Shown one piece after another: positions 47,527 to 56,000 of a DNA stretch of 64,000 nt. Origin of the DNA: Spirochaetota bacterium (GTDB taxonomy: Bacteria; Spirochaetota; UBA4802; JAFGJZ01); the NCBI GenBank assembly GCA_027858855.1, contig JAQIBV010000030.1, positions 44,644-108,643 on the forward strand. The letters run 5' to 3'. The notes under the pieces are model-generated. The model saw only the letters and a list, made by a program, of their open reading frames with translations. It had not been told where the DNA came from and made no database searches. The translations under genes and the position numbers were made by a program. Numbering within the stretch: the stretch's first letter is position 1; every line of letters begins with the position of its first letter.

Positions 47527-47893
47527 TTTCTGTCTGGTCATAGCCGGTGTTCAAAATTTTGATACGAATGTACAGTTTCCTCTGTGTTAGTAGTTGCGTC
47601 AAGAAAGATATATTCATATTTAATATCGGATATCAAAGGGTAGTTCTTAATTAAAATGGAACGCTTAAATTTCGAATAGGAATGCAGGAAAGAGTAATGT
47701 ATGGAAAACTTCTATTAAATTTTCCGTATATCTAAATTTTTGAAGATAATCATAACTGATTATCTACATTATGGTCAGTAGGTAAATATTAGGAATTTAT
47801 TGTTGACTTCAACTCCTGATACTAATGCTATATATAAAGCTCTTTTTTTGAGCCAGATATAAATTTGTAAAAAAACCAGGAAAATTATCCATT

Positions 47894-49876
47894 ATGAAGA
47901 GATTTACACGGAAAAAGGCACTATTTCTTATTACCGTTCTTGTTGTCCTTATCGGGTGCTTTAAAAAGTCCGATGGTCTGGGAGGAACAGATGTTCAGAA
48001 GATTGTCGACACAATTCTTGAACGCCATGTTACCCAGAATGAGTTTAATGACGAAATATCACGTCGTACTCTCGATAACCTGATTAAGCTTACCGACCCC
48101 TATAAACTCTATTTTTACCAGTCAGATATCGATTCTTTCAATAAACATGCTGATAAACTCGACGAATATATCGCAAAAAATGATCTTACCTTCATTAAAG
48201 AGTTTTTTACTCTCTTTAAAGCCCGTTATACAGAAAGTTCTGAACTATTTAAAAAGCGCGTAGAGGGTGATTTCGATTTTACAATCGATGAATCGATGGT
48301 TGTTGATCGTAGCAAGATCGAATTTGCTTCAACAAAGGAAGAGCTTGAGGAAAGGTGGCGTAAACGGATAAAGTTTCAGTTGCTCAATTATCTGAATATG
48401 GATATGTCTCTTGATGAATCTAAAACCAAGTTGAAGCGCCATTATGAGATAGTTGCAAAAGAGATAATGAAATACGACAAGGAGAAGATCGTCTCCATTT
48501 ATCTGAATGCCTTTAGTATGGCGCTTGACCCTCACTCTTCCTATATGACAGCTAAAGATTATGAAGATTTTAAAATTTCTATGAATCTGAAGCTTGAAGG
48601 CATTGGTGCTGTGCTTCGCTCCGAAGATGGTTTTACCTATGTCGACTCAGTTATTCCGGGAGGCCCTGTATCCAAGATGGATCCAGAAGATACCGTTCAG
48701 CCGAATGATAAAATTATTGCTGTTGCTCAGGGTAATAAAGAGCCGGAGAGCATTATCGATCTATCTCTTAGAGATGCTGTAGATAAAATACGTGGTAAAA
48801 AGGGGACTACAGTCCGTCTTACTGTTATGCGTAAAGTTCCCGGTGAAAAAGTCGAAAAACGAATTACCGTGTCGGTTGTCCGTGATCGCGTTGTTCTTGA
48901 ACAGCAGGCTGCTAAACACGCTGTACATACTGTTAAAAAAGATAAAACATCTGTTCGGGTTGGCTACTTGAATCTGCCTACATTTTATATGGACTGGGAG
49001 GAGTATTATAAACGAAATCCTGATGCCAAAATGTCTGCACGTGATGTCTTTAATTCCATTCACGCCCTCAACGAAGAGAATATCGATGTCATGGTTTTTG
49101 ATCTTCGCAATAACCCAGGTGGCGGACTTGAACAGGCCAGGCTGATTGCTGGTTACTTTATACCTGCGGGGCCGATTCTGCAGGTTAAGAATCATGAGAC
49201 TGTGCAGGTGCAGTATGATAAGGATCCTGCTGTCTATTACAATGGACCGCTTGTAGTCCTGGTCAATAACTCTAGCGCTAGTGCCTCTGAGATCTTTGCC
49301 GGGGCCATTCGTGATTACAAACGGGGACTTATCGTCGGGCCGACTCGAACTTTTGGCAAGGGTAGTGTGCAGGAGTTAATTTCACTTCCACAGGGGGGGG
49401 CAGTCAAGGTTACGATTCAGCTCTTCTATCAACCGTCGGGAGCCTCAAATAATAAAGACGGGATATTCCCTCATATAACTGTTCCTTCGTACAATCAGAT
49501 GATAACCTTTTATGAGAGTGACCTTGATTATGCACTTGATTGGACACCCATCAAGGCGGCACCCTATAATGACTTTGGTACCACCTATTTTTCTTCGGGA
49601 CTGATTAAAGAGTTATCTGCAAAGTCTGCTGCCCGTGTGAAAAAGAGTCCTGATTTTCAGGAAATGCAGGGTAAAATTGCCGAGTTTCTAAAAGAGGATT
49701 CAACTAAAAGTGTCAGTCTGAAACTTGACAGTGGCGCTGATGATGATAAAATTAGTGCGAGTGAGAAGCCCAAAAAGATAGACCGGGATGCTGTATATGA
49801 TCTTGAAAATGATCTTTTCCTTCGCGAGGCATTCAACATAGCTGTTGATTATGCTGAATCAAAAAAAGAGAAGTAG
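47894..49876 (+). CDS. prc: Tail-specific (carboxy-terminal processing) protease, S41, probable lipoprotein
   Basis: LIGC lipobox; DPHSSY, LEGIGA, DLRNNPGG, SASASEI and TFGKGSVQ motifs. Confidence 0.93.
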   Translation: MKRFTRKKALFLITVLVVLIGCFKKSDGLGGTDVQKIVDTILERHVTQNEFNDEISRRTLDNLIKLTDPYKLYFYQSDIDSFNKHADKLDEYIAKNDLTFIKEFFTLFKARYTESSELFKKRVEGDFDFTIDESMVVDRSKIEFASTKEELEERWRKRIKFQLLNYLNMDMSLDESKTKLKRHYEIVAKEIMKYDKEKIVSIYLNAFSMALDPHSSYMTAKDYEDFKISMNLKLEGIGAVLRSEDGFTYVDSVIPGGPVSKMDPEDTVQPNDKIIAVAQGNKEPESIIDLSLRDAVDKIRGKKGTTVRLTVMRKVPGEKVEKRITVSVVRDRVVLEQQAAKHAVHTVKKDKTSVRVGYLNLPTFYMDWEEYYKRNPDAKMSARDVFNSIHALNEENIDVMVFDLRNNPGGGLEQARLIAGYFIPAGPILQVKNHETVQVQYDKDPAVYYNGPLVVLVNNSSASASEIFAGAIRDYKRGLIVGPTRTFGKGSVQELISLPQGGAVKVTIQLFYQPSGASNNKDGIFPHITVPSYNQMITFYESDLDYALDWTPIKAAPYNDFGTTYFSSGLIKELSAKSAARVKKSPDFQEMQGKIAEFLKEDSTKSVSLKLDSGADDDKISASEKPKKIDRDAVYDLENDLFLREAFNIAVDYAESKKEK

Positions 49877-49901
49877 CTGATAAAAATGGGAGAGATTCTA
49901 T

Positions 49902-50933
49902 ATGGCTTTAGCTGAAAACAAAAAAAAAGTGCAGAAGAAAACAGTAAAAAAAACCATCCGTACGAAAAAGGCAGCAGTTCAGGTCTCTGTAATTCTGCCC
50001 GTCTATAACGAGGAAGAGAACATTGCCTTGCAGTACGAGAAGGTCAGTTCCAGCATGAAGAAGATTGCTTTACCCTATGAGATTATATTTGTGGATGATG
50101 GCAGTCAGGACTCTTCCGCTAAAATTCTTTCTGCAATTGCTTTAGCAGATAAATCTGTGAAACTGATCGTGTTTCGCCGTAATTTCGGACAGACAGCAGC
50201 AATGCGTGCTGGTATTGACCATGCGATTGGCGAAATTATTGTCTTTATGGATTCCGATCTTCAAAATGAGTCGGATGATATTCAGCTTCTTCTGGATAAG
50301 ATTGAAGAGGGGTACGATGTTGCTGCAGGATGGCGAAAAAAACGACATGATAAGTTTTTTTCACGCCGTGTCCCCTCCTTTTTTGCGAATAAGATTATTG
50401 CCTGGGTTACTGGAGTCAAGCTCCATGATCTGGGTTGTTCATTAAAGGCTTTCAGGGCTGATGTCCTTAAGAAGGTGAAATTGTATGGAGAGATGCATCG
50501 TTTTATTCCGGTTCATGCTAGTTGGATCGGTGCTTCCATTATTGAAGTCCCTGTACGACATCATGCACGTAAGTTTGGAAAATCAAAATATGGTATGATC
50601 AGAACCTTTAAAGTGCTTCTTGATCTGATAACCATTAAGTTTCTGGGCTCATTTTCCACAAAACCTATCTATCTTTACGGTGGATTGGGTATTGTGATCA
50701 TGTTTTTTGCTGGTATTTCGGCAATTCTGGTTGTAGTAATGAAGATTCTGTACAGAGTCAACATGACTGGGAATCCCTTTTTTCTGCTGTTTTTCCTTTT
50801 TGTAATCTTGAGTGCCACTCTGGCTTTGATGGGCATTCAAACAGAGATTCTTATACGTATTTATCATGAATCGACGCATCGTTCGCCCTATTATGTTAAA
50901 GAGGTCGTTAATGATTCTGTGAAAAAGGTGTAG
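49902..50933 (+). CDS. GT2 glycosyltransferase (ArnC/GtrB-like)
   Basis: PVYNEE, VDDGS, RNFGQTAA, MDSDLQN and YGEMHRFIP motifs; two C-terminal transmembrane segments. Confidence 0.92.
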   Translation: MALAENKKKVQKKTVKKTIRTKKAAVQVSVILPVYNEEENIALQYEKVSSSMKKIALPYEIIFVDDGSQDSSAKILSAIALADKSVKLIVFRRNFGQTAAMRAGIDHAIGEIIVFMDSDLQNESDDIQLLLDKIEEGYDVAAGWRKKRHDKFFSRRVPSFFANKIIAWVTGVKLHDLGCSLKAFRADVLKKVKLYGEMHRFIPVHASWIGASIIEVPVRHHARKFGKSKYGMIRTFKVLLDLITIKFLGSFSTKPIYLYGGLGIVIMFFAGISAILVVVMKILYRVNMTGNPFFLLFFLFVILSATLALMGIQTEILIRIYHESTHRSPYYVKEVVNDSVKKV

Positions 50934-50970
50934 TGTTGTAAAAAAAGAAAAAAAATCGATATAACCATAA

Positions 50971-51005
50971 AATATATTGACAATATATTGGGATATTACG
51001 ATATT
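50971..51005 (+). promoter_or_regulatory. Sigma-70 promoter with an overlapping palindrome (candidate ArsR operator)
   Basis: aatatattg-a-caatatatt spans TTGACA (50977); GATATT lies 17 bp downstream. Confidence 0.5.
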
Positions 51006-51019
51006 GTTAAGGTGTAATT

Positions 51020-51298
51020 ATGAAGACTAAATGTGATGTTGATTATGAAAATTATGCGGAGTTATTGAAAGCCATAGGTCACCCTGTCAGGCTACAGATT
51101 GTTGCTGGAATATTATGTGATGAGTGCAATGTTAATGGCATTGTCGAAAAGTTGAATATTCCCCAGTCAACGGTTTCTCAGCATCTTGGGGTTCTCCGCA
51201 GCAGAGGAATAATTACTGCTCACAAAGAGGGCGTTAGCACCTGTTACAAGGTGAGTAATGATTTTGTTTTGCACATAATAAGATTAATGAAAAGCTGA
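51020..51298 (+). CDS. ArsR/SmtB family regulator
   Basis: LKAIGHPVRLQI...PQSTVSQHL. Confidence 0.93.
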   Translation: MKTKCDVDYENYAELLKAIGHPVRLQIVAGILCDECNVNGIVEKLNIPQSTVSQHLGVLRSRGIITAHKEGVSTCYKVSNDFVLHIIRLMKS

Positions 51299-51325
51299 AA
51301 TTTCTTATTTTCGGCAGGAGGTAAC

Positions 51326-51646
51326 ATGAGTTTATTACATCTTAACAGTGATAATTTTAAAAAAGAGGTCGAGGAGTCGGAACTTCCGGTTTTGGTTGAT
51401 TTTTATGCCGACTGGTGCGGTCCATGTCGTATGATTGCTCCGGTAATCGAAAAGCTTGCTGGTAAGTATGAGGGCAAGGTAAAGATTGCCAAGCTTGATG
51501 TAGACAGTGCGTCAGATATTGCTCAGAAGTTTGATGTAAGTGGTATTCCAACGGTTATTCTGTTCAAGAACGGAAAGGCTGCAGACAGATTCAGCGGTGC
51601 TTTGCCGGAAAATGCAATTGATGATTTTATATCGCGAAATAGCTGA
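51326..51646 (+). CDS. trxA: Thioredoxin
   Basis: VDFYADWCGPC and GIPT motifs. Confidence 0.97.
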   Translation: MSLLHLNSDNFKKEVEESELPVLVDFYADWCGPCRMIAPVIEKLAGKYEGKVKIAKLDVDSASDIAQKFDVSGIPTVILFKNGKAADRFSGALPENAIDDFISRNS

Positions 51647-51710
51647 TCAATAACATGCCGGTTATGGAGACCCGTTCTTTGCGGGTTTCTGTATCGGATC
51701 TTTTCTTCTC

Positions 51711-52234
51711 TTACCCGGTTTGCTGTATAGCATGGTTAGGGTTAAGAGTTTTTTTCAGATAAACCATCCCGCTTTTAACGTCCATTATTACTTTTCGTGT
51801 GAATTTACCACCCATATCCTCTTCAATGATTGGTATGTCCTCCATTTCCAGAATCATTTTTGCCGCACGAATATTGTCAGCAGGAATGGTATGTACCGTT
51901 GCTTCGGTCGAAAGAACTGCCCCCCACCGAAAACCTTGGCTCGCAGCTCAGAACGCCTCGCACCCGAAGTGACCATGTCCGAAATAAGCTGTGATATGGA
52001 GTGGAGCGCGTGTTTTCCATCAGTTCTGAGTTCGTTATCGTTAAAACTAAGGAGTTTCCCTTCGAGCATGAAGTGATTCAATCCTGAAACTGTGGTATGC
52101 GGATCGTAAAGACAAACTGCGACACAGGATCCAAGAAGTGTTGCTATCAGCTCATCATCCGACGAGACGTAGTACTCTCCCGGATGAATTGTAATAATAT
52201 TTTTCTGGAATTTGTTTGAATAACTTTTAAGCAT
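51711..52234 (-). pseudogene. cheD: CheD chemoreceptor glutamine deamidase, frameshifted at a G6 run
   Basis: TLLGSCVAVCL, NHFML, AKVFGG. Adding one G at 51920-51925 restores ...NIRAAKMILEMEDIPIIEEDMGGKFTRKV...GMVYLK to a stop at 51711. Confidence 0.8.
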
Positions 52235-52267
52235 TGAACTTACCTTCTATATAAAAGAAGAATCCTG

Positions 52268-52861
52268 TTACTTATTAAAAAGTACATATTGAGTTTTTTC
52301 TCGGAGTTCATGGAATGCGCTATTGATGTATTCCTGTTCAAGACGGATAATCTCGGAATTTGATTCATTATTGGTCAGTATCTTCCTGAATGTTTTTCCG
52401 GTGCGTGGGAAATAGACTATTTTCCGTCTTTGACTCCCGGCAAGATCCAAGGTATGAATTGGAATATGCTCTGCTGTAAAAAAGGTGTGTATGAAGGCGA
52501 TGTTACTCTTCTGCATCGCCTCATTGACGTTCATGTTGTTGTCCAGGGCGGCAGCACCGAATACATCGGCGGTTAAGTTTTCACGCCTGCTTCCCAGTTT
52601 TACAAACTCACCAAACAGATACTCCAGTTGAGTAATTCCGTATGCAGCGACTTCGTCATGGGTAATCCCGCCTGTACCTATCTGGCCCGGTAAAATAAAG
52701 TGGCCCAGTCCGCCAATTGCCCGTTGTTTATCGTTAAGTGTGACAACCAGGCAGCTTCCGGCAACGGTAGAGAAGACAACATCTTCCGATGTCACCAGGT
52801 GTTCTCCCGGATAGAGCATAATCAATGGTTTTCCATAATGTGAGTGGTCAGATTTAATCAT
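52268..52861 (-). CDS. cheD: CheD-like protein (divergent paralogue)
   Basis: LYPGE, TVAGSC, GHFILP, VFGAA and DLAGSQRRKI motifs. Confidence 0.8.
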   Translation of the reverse strand: MIKSDHSHYGKPLIMLYPGEHLVTSEDVVFSTVAGSCLVVTLNDKQRAIGGLGHFILPGQIGTGGITHDEVAAYGITQLEYLFGEFVKLGSRRENLTADVFGAAALDNNMNVNEAMQKSNIAFIHTFFTAEHIPIHTLDLAGSQRRKIVYFPRTGKTFRKILTNNESNSEIIRLEQEYINSAFHELREKTQYVLFNK

Positions 52862-53066
52862 TTGAGCCTCAAATTCCGAATGAACATAGGAGCACTTCTG
52901 AAAAATTCATTGAGCATGCATACCCTGTTGCCCGGATGTGTAATAAAACAGTTTCGTTTCTCCTGTAATTTTATAATATCAATAAAAAGGGGGGAATTTC
53001 AACTTTTTATGTCAGACTTGGAAAATTAATTATCAGAGATTACCCCAAATTTATACTTTTTGATTG

Positions 53067-56000
53067 TCAAAACAGTACTGTCAGACCCAGCAGATATTCG
53101 TATGAGAGTATCTCTTCATAAACTTTTCCGGTTTCACGATTGCGGTATTTCTCCAGAGCCCACCTTCCGGTGATGCCACCCCGTATGTTTTTATGTACAT
53201 CAAGCTCCAGCAATGTGGTCAGCATGAAAAGATCATAGGGTTCGGGCGCAACCGTATAACTGTAGTCATACCTGTTCAGAGTGATGTCATAACGGGCTGT
53301 AAACATAGGATAATCATATAGTTCATAAAAATTGTTGAAAAAGGTGTAGAGCAGGGCGACATCGGATTTTATTTCACATGAATATGTGTAGGTTGTGTCG
53401 TGTTCATCGAGCTTCTCATCAGGAATATTCTCGTAATACTTATCATCCGCCTTAGGACGGCCAGGTCCTTCTTCAATATAGGCTTCGTTTTTCCGGTGAA
53501 TAAAATCAAAGGAAGCATTTAAAGAGATACTTTTGCGGTTGCGTCCGAACAGTAGGCCGGCTGAAGGAGAATGGATATTTTCAGTTCTATTTTCTGTTAT
53601 GAAAAGATTTTTTGTAAAGTTGTATCCTGTATAAAACTGAGCCGAGTGGCGTGCGTTATCGGCATGGTTTGGTCGGAAGAATGAGAAGTTAAAGAGTTCC
53701 ATAAGGTCAAATGTAAGATTTATACCATTGGATATCTGAACCATCTGTCGGGAAACATGCTGAACTTCCGGCCGTTCACTCATTTGAGATACATGGTTAA
53801 AGAGCGAGGCACTTGCAGAGTTAAAACTGTAAAATGAGCTCAGCTCAAACCTGTCCTGAACCATAAGGCTGTTAGTGTATCCATAACCTGGGTCGTCAGT
53901 CGGCCCAAGAGGGCGATTCAGTGTAGAAAAGACATGATCGCGTCCGTTCCCGCAGTTGCCACGCCCTGCAAAGAAATACCAGGGCGGATACTTGAAAATA
54001 TTCAATGATGTATCCGAGGCGCTCATCATGGATCGTTTTACTCCATATTCTTCGTCAAAATAGTCATGCGTCTCGCCTTCGAAGGGTACTCCTGTTTCAT
54101 TGAGTACAGTTTTCCTTTCGTATATTACGGTTATGTTTCGAAGAGATTCCAAAGATTCCGAAGAGAAGTTAAAGGGAAATCTGAAATTCTGTACTACCTC
54201 GGATTCTCCGCTTTTTGAGCGGGAAAACCGGGAACCCTGCTCGTAAAGATCTCTGTAGTCGTTAAACTGATTTTCGAAATAGTTGAAATAGAGGTTGTGC
54301 TGTGGTTCAAGGGTTTTAAAAACGGTCAGTCCTGTTGTGTGTTCAAGCTCAAAAAAGCGCTCGAAGAGTTTCATGTTGCTGCCGTCATGAAAAAATGGGG
54401 TGTGAAACCCGTAATTAATCGATTCAGAAATCGGAGACGAAGGATCATCACCGTAACCGGTAAAGGTGACATATTCTGAACTTCCATGTTTTAAACGGGG
54501 TGTCAGATAAAAATAGCCGGTTCGGTATTGCAGTTCATATCCGGTCGTTCTTTTCTGATAATCAGTAACCTGTTTTTCTGAAGTTGTGTCACCCTCCTCC
54601 AGTGGAGTAGAGCTTTCGTCGCGAGTTGAAAAGAGCAGGTCGGTAAAAAAACGGCTATGAAGAGTGCCCGGAAGTATTCCCGTCTCATGTTCTAGCATAA
54701 AACCGGGGGCGTATTCGTTGTGTAATACTCTATGAATTGATTCTTCTTCGGAATTGCCTGTTAACACATTGTCGTAATCTGACAAACGACAGTAAAGCTG
54801 TGCCATACGGATCGCTTTGTCGGGTGGATTGTATGAGAGATTGAAGATAGTGCTCTTTTTTGTCGTTAGTCCACGTTTCTCTTCAGGAAACGAACTGTCA
54901 TTATTGTCGGTTACTGTCTTTTCATGTATGAAAGATGCGTCAGTAAGAAGATGTGGCATTATCTCGATGGAAGAGTAGAGTTCATGGGCGTCTTCACTTA
55001 TGTTTCGATCTATCCGTCCGGGACTTACAAAGCTCTGCCCGACACCTCTTTTGACATACTTAAGGGTAAAGTCTTTTCCAAGCTCTGTACCGCTTTCGGT
55101 ACGATAGGCGCTACGTCTTGCCGAAACGGCACCTTCGACCCAGTAGGCCAGGTCGGTAACAGTCTCAGCACCGCTTAAAAGCAGGTTGTTGAACCAGAAT
55201 CGGCCACTGTGACCGGTGACTCCTATTTTGAGAAACCGTATGTTGCGCAGATCAACCGATCCTGCATTTTCAACAGGTTGATTAGGGCCCCTTTCATTAA
55301 GTGATAGTTTTACCTCTTCCCAGAAATTTTTGCGGGTCAGTGGAAAGGTGTAAACACTAAAGTCATTCTCTGATGAACCTATATGAATAGATACTTCATC
55401 ACCAATTGTAAAGGAGCGTGTGTTAATCCAGAAAACCAGATCCCGATAGTTCATCATATTAATCGGACGGGCAAGCCTTTTGGTAGCAGTTGCGCTATCA
55501 CCACCAAGGGCGTCATACCTTATTTCTAAAGAGGCCTCGATAGGTACCCCCTCATCGTAGGCCGAGTTTCCCTGAAGTTTTTCGTATTGATCCTTGTTGG
55601 AAACTGCAAATGAATTGTCATAGTACTCGCTGTCGGTTGCGCTGTTAATCAGGGATACGCTGAATCGTTCAGAATCTTCGGTAATTACACCGTTTATACT
55701 CTTCTGTTGCCAGCTTGGAGCAACCAGCTTTAAAGATCCAATATAGATAACTCCCCTCTGTTGTGAATCAGAGTGAACCGAAAGCCTAAGTGCCACGGCC
55801 TGCTGAAGGGTGGCTCTTGCGCTTTCGCTAAACGAGCTGCCGCGATCAAGGTAGATAACTGCACGCTGCCATTGCCGGTTTGTCATATCGACACGGATCT
55901 GCTCATCTGCGGCTGCGCCCTCCTGTACTGCCCTTGCTCGATCACGCCCCGGAAATGTGATGACATCTTCATTGCTGTTTAAAATTCCGTTTCGGTTTAA

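Noticed and set aside
47411-47617. 68-aa ORF
   Set aside because: Lies largely within the family A element.
47622-47649. Minus-strand sigma-28-like promoter (TAAG-N15-TCCGATAT) for the SbcD-like operon
   Set aside because: Mismatches in both boxes and about 380 bp from the start codon, with a repeat element in between; too weak to call.
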